IMG/VR virus record: IMGVR_UViG_3300005529_000023
Coordinates: 112,871-176,870 of that record
Source of the DNA: a virus
Strand: one strand, 5' to 3'
DNA: 64,000 nucleotides
The notes under the pieces: model-generated
Databases searched by the model: none
What the model saw: only the letters and a program-made list of their open reading frames with translations
Told to the model about the DNA's origin: nothing
Made by a program: the position numbers and the translations under genes
In this document: positions 42,840-51,265 of the stretch, one piece after another
Layout of the letters: every line of letters starts with the position of its first letter
How positions within the stretch are numbered: the stretch's first letter is position 1

Positions 42840-43318
42840 TGGAATTCAAAGATTTACTCGACTACTGCAAGGCAATTGCGATCCAATCCCTGATCTCCCC
42901 TACGCAGGAATCCATCTGGCGCGCTATCTGCCGAGCCTACTCAAAGAAGTTCAACACTCCGCTTCACATAGTTGAACAACTCGATCCGCAAAAAGTGATG
43001 ATAGCGGAATTCGAAGATCAGCTTTCTCAGTTCAACCTCGAAGAAGACATCCATGTCCTTTTGGATCTTATCTATACGCTCGAAGATCCTGAGTATGAGC
43101 GCGAGAAGAGAGAAGAGCTTTCCCAGTTCATCAAACAGGCTGAGAAAGAAGACATCGCCCGTATCAAAGCTGGAAAGCCCATTCACAAGGCGCTCAAGGA
43201 CGAAAAGAATATTGCCGATTTGGTCGAAGAAGAAGCTAAGAAAATGCCTAAAGGCGGCAGCATCAATTTGTCGTATCTTGAAAAAGAAGAGAATCAGTAC
43301 GGACAGTTTGAAGACTAG
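42839..43318 (+). CDS. Hypothetical protein (possible tail chaperone partner)
   Basis: 159 aa, TAATG coupling. Confidence 0.6.
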   Translation: MEFKDLLDYCKAIAIQSLISPTQESIWRAICRAYSKKFNTPLHIVEQLDPQKVMIAEFEDQLSQFNLEEDIHVLLDLIYTLEDPEYEREKREELSQFIKQAEKEDIARIKAGKPIHKALKDEKNIADLVEEEAKKMPKGGSINLSYLEKEENQYGQFED

Positions 43319-43557
43319 AGTCCCATTATTCCCTGCATTTGCTGAAACAGGAAGGCATGTTCCGCGTGAACAGTGAAAGCACTAAAGGACATACCAGGAA
43401 GGATCAAGTTTTCTTCTTCCAACTTAACCCACATGGGTTTCAGCTGCGAAATGATCTGATCGTTGGTACAATCAGGATATCCAATTGACTTGGTAAGATG
43501 CTCGACCATTGAGTTCTTGATCTTCTCTTTGATTACTTGTAGTTCTTCGGCAGTCAT
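43315..43557 (-). CDS. Hypothetical protein
   Basis: 80-aa ORF coupled to the Thg1-like gene. Confidence 0.6.
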   Translation of the reverse strand: MTAEELQVIKEKIKNSMVEHLTKSIGYPDCTNDQIISQLKPMWVKLEEENLILPGMSFSAFTVHAEHAFLFQQMQGIMGL

Positions 43558-44441
43558 TACCCGCCCATTTCATCGACCATACAATCGATAATCTCAGTAT
43601 TGAGAGGAATTAGTTTACGAAGAAAAGAGCGATCTTGCGTAAATACTGGGATTTCATTCTCCATTCCAGTACCGTCGTAAGAAACCCATCGTGTACGATA
43701 GACAGGTTCGCTGACTTCTAACTCGCCGCTCACACCGGCTGTCTCGGTGTCGATAAGCACATAGCGATCTTTTTTGATCACACGTCCACGTTTCTCCCCG
43801 CTCCAGTAATCATTCCAGTTGATGTCTTTGGCAAAGAGCATGTTGTGCAGTTCGCTGGTATTCTTTCCCTCTAGCTGCTTATGGCTATACACCGATCTGG
43901 CAGCCATCTGAATGCTATTTCTGCTCGCGTCTTGTTGGCGCCAAATGAAGTAGTTCTCCACTTCGACCGGATCGGGGATAGTGAACACCCGAGAATCAAA
44001 ATAGCCAGTCTTGAGTTGACCGTAATCGCCAGTCATATATTCGTTAGCATTGCCCCGAATTTCATTCGCCGTCTTAGCTGCTGTCGCAAACGCCTTGTTG
44101 AATTCGGCAGTAGCGATTGCAGCAGAGATTGACGCCATCTTCTGTACGTTGCCATCGAACCACGCACAAGTTTGTGGGCTGTCAAAGTCTGTCAGAAGAA
44201 TAGAAATCTCATCCGATTGCACATAAGCGAACTGCGCTCCTTGGATCTGTTTGCACATGTTGATCGCAGTTTGATCCATGACAAACATGAATTCATGATC
44301 AAATGGCCTACGAAAGTTGCGCGTTAGTGTGTGGAATGCTTTCCCATCCACGCGAATGATCGTGTATGTTCTCCTCGGAAGAAAGTACCGTGTGCGATCC
44401 TCGTACTGACCTTTGATTCTATCGCCTAGAGTGTCTTGCAT
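43557..44441 (-). CDS. thg1: tRNA(His) guanylyltransferase / Thg1-like protein (3'-5' polymerase)
   Basis: IIRVDGKAFH, AYVQSDEISIL, WFDG..QK..S, FDSRVF, NYFIWRQQDA.RNSI. Confidence 0.95.
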   Translation of the reverse strand: MQDTLGDRIKGQYEDRTRYFLPRRTYTIIRVDGKAFHTLTRNFRRPFDHEFMFVMDQTAINMCKQIQGAQFAYVQSDEISILLTDFDSPQTCAWFDGNVQKMASISAAIATAEFNKAFATAAKTANEIRGNANEYMTGDYGQLKTGYFDSRVFTIPDPVEVENYFIWRQQDASRNSIQMAARSVYSHKQLEGKNTSELHNMLFAKDINWNDYWSGEKRGRVIKKDRYVLIDTETAGVSGELEVSEPVYRTRWVSYDGTGMENEIPVFTQDRSFLRKLIPLNTEIIDCMVDEMGG

Positions 44442-44628
44442 CTTCTTCGTCCATTTCCCAGAGTGAGACCTCTGCCTCGAATTCTCTAGTTATTGTGTTC
44501 ATGTCTTCAAGAGCTTGTTTGTACCCTCGCCTATAAGAAGCCTCTGCGAGTCCTTGCCTAGATACTTTAAGTTCTTTAAGTGTATACCAAGCAAGTCCAA
44601 AAAGATGGCCAATTCTGTTGAATTCCAT
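44419..44628 (-). CDS. Hypothetical protein
   Basis: 69-aa ORF in the operon. Confidence 0.55.
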   Translation of the reverse strand: MEFNRIGHLFGLAWYTLKELKVSRQGLAEASYRRGYKQALEDMNTITREFEAEVSLWEMDEEDARHSRR

Positions 44629-45143
44629 TACTTTTCTCCTGGGTCCATCCAGCCGCTATGAGAACCGCCGCCCGTCTCAACGTGGTAGTAAACGGGCTTA
44701 TTAAGTCTATTTGCGTATTCCTTCGCCATGTCGGTGCCACGATCGAAGATCCCTTCCTGGGGCTCCTCATCCTTGTGAAGGATCTCGGAAAGCTCAGGCA
44801 GCCATTTCCCTGGTTTGTGCTCGGCTTTCAGCGCCAAGACCACTTTGGTAGAGTGCTTGTCTCGAATGTCATAGCCAGTGTCAGCGAATAAAGCAGACGC
44901 ATTGCAGTGCCATGGTCCAGTTAGTTCCAGGGTAGATCCATCCTCAAGTTTGAACTTAAGGGTTGCTCCAGCGTATCCGCGACTGTTCGGCCCACCCGAA
45001 ACATGAACATTATCGGCGGCAAATTTGCCAATGGGTACAAGCCAAATGTCGCCTGATTTGCCGATCAGTTTTTTATACACAGGTTGTACGGCCTCGTACT
45101 GACCACACTTCATAGGAGCTTCTTTTAGCTGTAGCTTTTCCAT
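44628..45143 (-). CDS. Hypothetical protein
   Basis: 171-aa ORF with GAGGA SD. Confidence 0.7.
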   Translation of the reverse strand: MEKLQLKEAPMKCGQYEAVQPVYKKLIGKSGDIWLVPIGKFAADNVHVSGGPNSRGYAGATLKFKLEDGSTLELTGPWHCNASALFADTGYDIRDKHSTKVVLALKAEHKPGKWLPELSEILHKDEEPQEGIFDRGTDMAKEYANRLNKPVYYHVETGGGSHSGWMDPGEK

Positions 45144-45147
45144 ATCC

Positions 45148-45345
45148 TCACCCGAAGTTCAGCTCTGGAACTTTTTCACTGTAGCCGATCTCTTTGAGGA
45201 TGCGGCGCGCAATACCACGGTGAATCGTGCGGTCTTTGGTCACTGCGACATGGCGCTGCCCGTTACTCCATATCCTATGGCCGTTTACCCTGACAAGGAC
45301 AAAACCAGCGTTAGTCAACAGTCTCTCGAAATCACGCGTTTTCAT
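45148..45345 (-). CDS. hicA: HicA-family (dsRBD-fold) mRNA interferase-like protein
   Basis: MKTRDFERLL..AGF..VR.NGH.IW......V.V.....I..G..RRILK. Confidence 0.65.
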   Translation of the reverse strand: MKTRDFERLLTNAGFVLVRVNGHRIWSNGQRHVAVTKDRTIHRGIARRILKEIGYSEKVPELNFG

Positions 45346-45550
45346 CGGCAATCCCTTCGATAATGGCATCGGTTTTTTCAGAATAGAAAGCATCCTCAGC
45401 TGCGATCGTCGCAAACTCGTGGATGTTCTCGTCAGTCATGGGTCGATCAGAGCAAATGATGTTGACGCTGATCAGTTCCTTGAGTTCTTGTTTGGCGAAC
45501 TCGATGGCTTGATCCTGCTGTTCTTTAGTTAGTTCATGGAACCGCTTCAT
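45332..45550 (-). CDS. Small acidic hypothetical protein
   Basis: Start MKRFHEL with AGGAGA SD. Confidence 0.6.
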   Translation of the reverse strand: MKRFHELTKEQQDQAIEFAKQELKELISVNIICSDRPMTDENIHEFATIAAEDAFYSEKTDAIIEGIADENA

Positions 45551-45558
45551 AATTTCTC

Positions 45559-45870
45559 CTACGAGTACAGCTTTCTGTAGACAGCCATCATCTTCTTGCG
45601 GCCCACAGGGTTTGCGGTCACGAACACGATTTCCTTTGGAAGGAATTGAGGGTTCTCTTCCAGAAAGCACATCACGTCGTATCCAGTTCTCTCCACGAAC
45701 TTGTTGTAATCTCCAAGGTCGTGATCGAGGTAGAGCAGGTCAAAAGGGCCTTCTTCTTTAAGAGCTTTAATTCCTTGATCGTAGTCGCGCGCTACATGTG
45801 TTGGCCGCTTACCATAGGTGATCTCGATGATGTCCTCGCTACGAAGATCGTCGATCAAGAGGATCTTCAT
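45559..45870 (-). CDS. Cyclic-phosphate-processing receiver (cREC)-like domain protein
   Basis: ILLIDDLR...LYLDHDLG...TGYDV..FL...VTANPVG. Confidence 0.75.
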   Translation of the reverse strand: MKILLIDDLRSEDIIEITYGKRPTHVARDYDQGIKALKEEGPFDLLYLDHDLGDYNKFVERTGYDVMCFLEENPQFLPKEIVFVTANPVGRKKMMAVYRKLYS

Positions 45871-46103
45871 GCGGCCTCCAGCATAGGGCGATAAGCGATC
45901 TTAGAAGCCTCATGAACAATGCATTCCTTGAGGTACTGGGTCCACTGATGCTTCGTAACATACACCGCATCGGCTGGGGCAGTGAGCGCCCATTCCGCGA
46001 TCCATTGGTCAAGAGACATGGACTCCACGCACGAAAGCGCATCGACGTAAATTCTTAGCCTGCTACCTTCCTTAGTTCTCCTATTTCTCATACGTACCTC
46101 CAA
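45867..46103 (-). CDS. Hypothetical protein
   Basis: 78 aa, GGAGG SD. Confidence 0.5.
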   Translation of the reverse strand: MEVRMRNRRTKEGSRLRIYVDALSCVESMSLDQWIAEWALTAPADAVYVTKHQWTQYLKECIVHEASKIAYRPMLEAA

Positions 46104-46208
46104 CTCTATTTTCTTATTTCCCTATAATCAGGTCAAGTATTATTTTCATGGCCTCATAGACCACGTACAGACCCGCGAAACAAATAAAGAAAGCAAGTAA
46201 GTCCTTCC

Positions 46209-46373
46209 TCAAGAATATTCCTCTTCATCTTCCACGATCTCTTCTTCGTACTCGAACTCATCGTTCTCAAGAGCTTCTTGCATTGCTTCTTTAATGGCTT
46301 CGCGCACTGTTTCGTCATCGTCATCAGGTACACGAATCTCCAACGCAACTTTTACGTGTAGCGTCTTGGCCAT
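46209..46373 (-). CDS. 54-aa highly acidic protein (not in the ORF track)
   Basis: Hand translation MAKTLHVKVALEIRVPDDDDETVREAIKEAMQEALENDEFEYEEEIVEDEEEYS. Confidence 0.65.
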   Translation of the reverse strand: MAKTLHVKVALEIRVPDDDDETVREAIKEAMQEALENDEFEYEEEIVEDEEEYS

Positions 46374-46622
46374 TTAAGCACCGAGTGTGTTGAGGAATGT
46401 GTGGATTGCATTCCTATTTTGCTCAGTCTTATCCTTCACTTCGACGTTCGAGAACGCCTGAAGGATTACATCGAGGGTCACGTCTTCGCCCGTGGGATGT
46501 GCGAAGATCTTAAAGCTACCCACGGGAAGCTTGAGAACATCCGTCACCGTGATGTAGCGCGATTGCTCGACATCGTAGAGCTTCCTGTTCTGATACCTCT
46601 TAAACACCTTAACGTTTTCCAT
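46374..46622 (-). CDS. PhaR N-terminal-like DNA-binding protein
   Basis: FKRYQNRKLYD...SRYIT..DV...TGEDVT..VILQ. Confidence 0.8.
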   Translation of the reverse strand: MENVKVFKRYQNRKLYDVEQSRYITVTDVLKLPVGSFKIFAHPTGEDVTLDVILQAFSNVEVKDKTEQNRNAIHTFLNTLGA

Positions 46623-46633
46623 TGCTTTCCTCC

Positions 46634-47116
46634 TTATTTGACAGTTACATGTCCAGGGCTAAAGTCAATAGCTTTGACTTTCCCCTTGTAGTACATGATG
46701 TTATCCCAGTGCAAGTCGCCATGGGAGATTCCGTTGACTCGAAGTTCGTTTTCCAAATCCTCCGCAAGTTTGTGCGCGATAGAGCTGTCGATGCAAGCTT
46801 CGCTTAGCATTCGACCCTTCGCATGCTCCATTTCGATTCCCACCGCATACCTACCGTCTTGTTTTACTAAACGCACTCCGTAGCATGTGGGAACCTTGTT
46901 TGTTTTTCTGCGAGCTTTCCTTAAGAGTCTAGCTTCCTCTTTAGCTTCATCATATAAATCACTTTGCGTTGCCTCTTTTTGGGTATCAAAAACGCAACCC
47001 CCTTCTCCATCGAGAACTTTGATCCCTCTTCGAGCGGAAATCTGATAATAACTTCCATAATTGCCGCCACCTGTGCTGCAATGTCTCTTACTCAAAGTTG
47101 CAATTTTCCTAGCCAT
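46634..47116 (-). CDS. Protein kinase-like fold protein
   Basis: GGGNYG.YY, IKV, HGDLHWDNIM, AIDF. Confidence 0.8.
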   Translation of the reverse strand: MARKIATLSKRHCSTGGGNYGSYYQISARRGIKVLDGEGGCVFDTQKEATQSDLYDEAKEEARLLRKARRKTNKVPTCYGVRLVKQDGRYAVGIEMEHAKGRMLSEACIDSSIAHKLAEDLENELRVNGISHGDLHWDNIMYYKGKVKAIDFSPGHVTVK

Positions 47117-47125
47117 GCTATCTCC

Positions 47126-47620
47126 TTATTTCAGCAGTAAGAAAATGATCAGATAGTGCGTTAAGTGGTGGGCCATCTGATCTGCGCCCAAGCTCCACCA
47201 AAAGAACGTGTTTGCTCGAATGTCTTTACGCCCAATGATCTTATACGCCTTGAGCTTTTCCTGATCCAGCTTATCGGTCATAGAATCGCCAGAGATCATG
47301 CCCAAGCCCTGGCTCATGTTGTAGGCCATCTTATAAGTTGAGGCCGTAAGTGGCTTGAAGCGCCCAAGCAAGTTGGGGCTCGCTTTTACTCGATCGACTG
47401 CGAAGTGAACCACGGTATCGAGCAGAGCTACCCAAAAAGCAATCCTGGGATTGAATGCAAGGGCGATCAAAAACGTAGCCACCCCATGGACCAGAGCATG
47501 AGTAGCCAAGGGCTTGATGAAGTCTGGCCATGGCTTGAACTTCCCGAGCATGTACTGACCTTGCAAGGGGTAGTCGCAGAGGAAATGCTTGATTTGGTAG
47601 ATAATCAGTAGTTCGTACAT
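47126..47620 (-). CDS. DUF3307-family membrane protein
   Basis: HFLCDYPLQ...H..VH...HFAVD..K...DQMAH. Confidence 0.85.
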   Translation of the reverse strand: MYELLIIYQIKHFLCDYPLQGQYMLGKFKPWPDFIKPLATHALVHGVATFLIALAFNPRIAFWVALLDTVVHFAVDRVKASPNLLGRFKPLTASTYKMAYNMSQGLGMISGDSMTDKLDQEKLKAYKIIGRKDIRANTFFWWSLGADQMAHHLTHYLIIFLLLK

Positions 47621-48042
47621 TAAGCCCTCTTGAACTTTCTTAGAGCGCGAACAAAGGTGCTGGATTTGTGGACCATGTCGCGATTGGCGATCACGAAGAA
47701 CATGGGAGTTTCCATACCAAGATCTTGATTGAAGTAGAACTGCATCTGCTCATAGATGAAGTCTTCGATGTTGCGAACGCCTTTGATCACTGCATCAAAG
47801 TGCCTGCCAGACACATAGTCCCTGAGCAGGCCACGAAACTCCACGATCTCTATGCGCCCACCTACAAGAAGATGCTCGGGGAATTCCATAGGCCCGGGCG
47901 CCTCTTTCTCTGGGTTAATAGCTCTCATGATCACAACTTTGTCGAAGGTCTTGAGCGCCTTATTCAGCACATCCTCATGACCCTCGTGCCAAGGATTGAA
48001 ACTACCAGGGAATAGCGCGGTCTTTTCGTTATTGTGATTCAT
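47620..48042 (-). CDS. coaD: Pantetheine-phosphate adenylyltransferase-like protein
   Basis: FPGSFNPWHEGH, KGVRN..DF.YE, SST.VR. Confidence 0.8.
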   Translation of the reverse strand: MNHNNEKTALFPGSFNPWHEGHEDVLNKALKTFDKVVIMRAINPEKEAPGPMEFPEHLLVGGRIEIVEFRGLLRDYVSGRHFDAVIKGVRNIEDFIYEQMQFYFNQDLGMETPMFFVIANRDMVHKSSTFVRALRKFKRA

Positions 48043-48052
48043 AAATCAATCC

Positions 48053-48262
48053 TCAAAAGGCTTTTCCTTTCTTTATACGTTTCTTCGGCTTGGGATAAGA
48101 TCCGATCGGTTTCTCACGCCAAGATGCCCACATGCCTGGACCCGTGGAGTTGGCAGAGAATCTAATAGCTTCATCTTTCTTCAGAAAGAAGTGTTCTGAA
48201 CTACCCCTGTCCAAGCCATGATCAGAAGCGTAGTGGCATGTGACAATATAGATATACTTCAT
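48053..48262 (-). CDS. Hypothetical protein
   Basis: 69-aa ORF. Confidence 0.5.
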   Translation of the reverse strand: MKYIYIVTCHYASDHGLDRGSSEHFFLKKDEAIRFSANSTGPGMWASWREKPIGSYPKPKKRIKKGKAF

Positions 48263-48576
48263 TTGTTATTCCTCACATCGGAGAACTCTTTCCCATCCCC
48301 GCCGCAACGGAGACATGCGCTCCCGTCGTAGTCGCCAGAGCCCTTACAGTTTTGGCAGGCGTTCTTTACGGCCTTCTCTTTGGCGTATTTTACCCATTCC
48401 GAGTGCGCGCGTTCCAAGGCTCCGGCCAGCTCATCGGCAGAGTCTTTCGTTAACCTGCGTTCGATAGTCGAATGCATCCCATCACGGCCAGGGATGATGA
48501 CCTTGTATCCCCAGTCGCTCTTTAAATAAGCCTTTTTGACTGCGAATTTGAAACGGACTCGCTTACCCTTTTTCAT
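48259..48576 (-). CDS. Hypothetical protein with DnaJ-type Zn finger
   Basis: CQNCKGSG...CLRCGGDG. Confidence 0.7.
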   Translation of the reverse strand: MKKGKRVRFKFAVKKAYLKSDWGYKVIIPGRDGMHSTIERRLTKDSADELAGALERAHSEWVKYAKEKAVKNACQNCKGSGDYDGSACLRCGGDGKEFSDVRNNK

Positions 48577-48740
48577 TTAACTCCTCTTTTCTTCCACACA
48601 GCACAGGCATAGTGATAAAAAGTCTTCGCGTTCTTCTTGGCTTTGCCGAAGGTGTGAGGTAGCTTACTTCTGTCTATGCGAAGAGTTCGTCTGTAGCCTC
48701 TAGGGACTGGAGCTTTGCAGTATGCGCAGCGATCTTTCAT
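48573..48740 (-). CDS. 55-aa basic Zn-binding protein (not in the ORF track)
   Basis: Hand translation MKDRCAYCKAPVPRGYRR...HYACAVWKKRGVK; ATGA overlap with the next gene. Confidence 0.55.
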   Translation of the reverse strand: MKDRCAYCKAPVPRGYRRTLRIDRSKLPHTFGKAKKNAKTFYHYACAVWKKRGVK

Positions 48741-48743
48741 AAG

Positions 48744-49118
48744 TTACCTCGGGAAAGCAGCCCAGGCGCCATCATTTCGTAACATCAGGTATCTCGCACT
48801 TGTTACCTTTTTACCAGTAGACTCTTCCACAAAGTAGCCAGCCTTGTAGGGATCATATTTGACTCTTACCCAGGCATACTGCCAAGCCGTGTCTCGAAAG
48901 GCGTTTGTGTTGCTTACGAGAATGCCAGTCGCGCCAGCGTGTACATTCTTTCTTTTTTGGCGAAGCACTCTCTTTCTCCCTGCTTGCGAAACTTTTAACG
49001 TAACATTCCTTAGAATCACAAGTTCGGATCTACGAATAACAAGGCCGCTGCGGTTAGAGCGGACACTCCATACCACACCTTTGCGGTTGAGATTTCTATA
49101 ACAGAAAACGCCTCTCAT
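48744..49118 (-). CDS. Basic phage hypothetical protein
   Basis: YRNLNRK..WSVR...V..AGR.RVLR..RKNVHA. Confidence 0.7.
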   Translation of the reverse strand: MRGVFCYRNLNRKGVVWSVRSNRSGLVIRRSELVILRNVTLKVSQAGRKRVLRQKRKNVHAGATGILVSNTNAFRDTAWQYAWVRVKYDPYKAGYFVEESTGKKVTSARYLMLRNDGAWAAFPR

Positions 49119-49123
49119 AAAAT

Positions 49124-49918
49124 TTACTCCTGGAACTCGACGCATGCCGCAACTTTTGCGAACCTCTCCCTATTGCGATCGTCTGCTTTCTTCAAGTAAG
49201 CATAAATACTTGGGAGATCGTCTTTCTCCAAGTTGTTGATGATGAGACCACGCGAACAGCCTTTGCGAGGATGGAGCACCCAAAGAACGAGTTGTAGTTG
49301 AGCGGCTGGCTTGGTGAATATATGGCCCTCGCCCTTACACTTAGGGCACTTACCCCAAACACCAAGACGTTTTGCTCTGGTCTCAATGAGAATCCAGCGA
49401 TTGATCGCGTCATGGAAGAACTCAAAGTTATGGCCACCACGAGAGTTGGCTCTATTCACTTCTTCCACAGTGAGCCCGACGTTTTTGGTTAACTTGCCAT
49501 CAACCCATTTGGACAAACGGCCTTGCTCAACGAGTGCATCGCATTCGTCCTGTGTGATCTTGTCGCACCAACGGCGTCCCATCTCACTGAAGTCGTAGAA
49601 ATCTTCAGAGATTTGGTTCGTTTCGGCATTGTAACCGCTACCAGTGCAGGCAGAGCATTGGACGCTTTCCCTATTGAGATTGAAGTAATAGTGAACTACT
49701 TCGTTCAACTCATTCAGTTCCCAATTGAATTCCTTCCACGAGGCGAATTCTAGGCCACGATCCCAGCCGCCATCTTCCGTTGGACTCTTCATGTAGTCTT
49801 CGCCTGGTCCCCAAAACACGTACTCGGGGTTGAGAGCAAGGCATTCAACCATCCACGAAGCAGCGTTCAGCTTCTTTAGATTCTTCTCGTCGTAGTCATC
49901 TTCTGGTAACGTTCTCAC
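49124..49918 (-). CDS. Hypothetical protein with split DnaJ-type Zn finger
   Basis: CSACTGSG ... CPKCKGEG. Confidence 0.75.
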   Translation of the reverse strand: MRTLPEDDYDEKNLKKLNAASWMVECLALNPEYVFWGPGEDYMKSPTEDGGWDRGLEFASWKEFNWELNELNEVVHYYFNLNRESVQCSACTGSGYNAETNQISEDFYDFSEMGRRWCDKITQDECDALVEQGRLSKWVDGKLTKNVGLTVEEVNRANSRGGHNFEFFHDAINRWILIETRAKRLGVWGKCPKCKGEGHIFTKPAAQLQLVLWVLHPRKGCSRGLIINNLEKDDLPSIYAYLKKADDRNRERFAKVAACVEFQE

Positions 49919-49932
49919 GATTCACTCCTGCG

Positions 49933-50166
49933 TTACAGACCAAGCCAAGTTGCGATCTTATGGGCTACCTCGGGATGGCCGAGCACTCCGAGCACTCCGA
50001 GGATGAAGGGAGACGGCTCCACAAGTAGCGCGAGCACTCCGAGGATGATGCTGGCTGAGAAAGCCAAGTAGATCCCGTAGAAACTCAAGGCAAGTGGCGT
50101 AAAGATCAACGCGATCACGCCAAGGAAACCAGTACCAGCGATCAAGGCAACAAGTCTGTTCTTCAT
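49933..50166 (-). CDS. Small membrane protein
   Basis: MKNRLVALIAG... almost entirely hydrophobic; AAGGAG SD. Confidence 0.7.
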   Translation of the reverse strand: MKNRLVALIAGTGFLGVIALIFTPLALSFYGIYLAFSASIILGVLALLVEPSPFILGVLGVLGHPEVAHKIATWLGL

Positions 50167-50236
50167 ACAATGCTCCTTTAGGGAAGCCCGGCATCCAACG
50201 GGGGAGAAGTGATGCCGGGCCGGGGTTGATCTGCGA

Positions 50237-51109
50237 TCAGTGTTCGTGACCGCAGTGGGGACAAAAATTACCGAACGGCTCTCTTTCTTCGCCGCAAGTG
50301 GGATTGGCGCAGAAGTTGTCCGGCTGACATTCGATGCAGCCTGCGTCTTCGCAGTCGTAGCAATCGTAGTCATCGCCTTCTTCTTCCTCTTCCTCGGAAG
50401 GATCATGGTCGTAAAGCTGTTCGCTGCGGGGCTTCTCAGTCTCAGCAACAACCTCAAAGCGGCACGTCCTCATCTTGGTCCCGTTGTAGTCTACGGGCAC
50501 GCAGACCACATCGGCAGGGTTAACTTTCACTTCGACCATTTTCTCACCGAAGCCCTTAGCATAGTCGAAACAAGCAACGTGAAGCCCCGCAGAGCAAGTC
50601 TTGTTCGGATCATCGTCTACTTCCGAGCGAGGCATCTCGCAAACCGATCCCGGCTTGTTGTCGAATGTCTTGGTATGGACATCCTTAAAATCCTCGGTCA
50701 CACCGCGATAAGCGATGAAGCATCCGTCCTCAGTCAACGGATGGCCGTTGTGCTCAAGGAACTTGTAGAGCATGGCCCTGGAGTTGTACGAAGGATTCTT
50801 CTTTAGATTCTCCCAGAACTTAAATAGAGCATCATAAGGCAATTGCTGTTCCTTGAACTTGAGAATGCGATCACTCAACTCCTTCGGCATGGACTTCTCA
50901 TTGTCCACAAGCACGCCATCACGAATTTCAATTCCGGTGCCCTCAAAGGCTGACTGCATGTCTGCAAGGGCGGGGATGTCATTCAGGCGCTTTTCTCTGA
51001 TTGCTTGCAGGACATCTTCGAAGCGGGGATCGCCTTTTCTGATTTGAACCGTCTTATGATTGAAGTTCAGCCACACAGACTCATCGAGAACTGAATAATT
51101 AACGCTCAT
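50237..51109 (-). CDS. rIIB: rIIB-like protein with acidic / Cys-rich tail
   Basis: FWENLKKNPS....LYKFLEH...LTEDG.FIAY..V, VDDDPNKTCSAGLHV, VKVNPADVV.VP.DY...KMR.C. Confidence 0.9.
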   Translation of the reverse strand: MSVNYSVLDESVWLNFNHKTVQIRKGDPRFEDVLQAIREKRLNDIPALADMQSAFEGTGIEIRDGVLVDNEKSMPKELSDRILKFKEQQLPYDALFKFWENLKKNPSYNSRAMLYKFLEHNGHPLTEDGCFIAYRGVTEDFKDVHTKTFDNKPGSVCEMPRSEVDDDPNKTCSAGLHVACFDYAKGFGEKMVEVKVNPADVVCVPVDYNGTKMRTCRFEVVAETEKPRSEQLYDHDPSEEEEEEGDDYDCYDCEDAGCIECQPDNFCANPTCGEEREPFGNFCPHCGHEH

Positions 51110-51265
51110 TTGCTTTCCCTTCCCTTGCGATTTTCTCGCATCTTTTACACATTTTCTTGCGCGGATAAGACTGTAGTCTTGCCAGCGTTAAAACCGTTAA
51201 TTTCGAGTTTACACCACACAGTGTGTTATACAACACGAAACTTTTCTTTTGAACGTGGAACTTGC

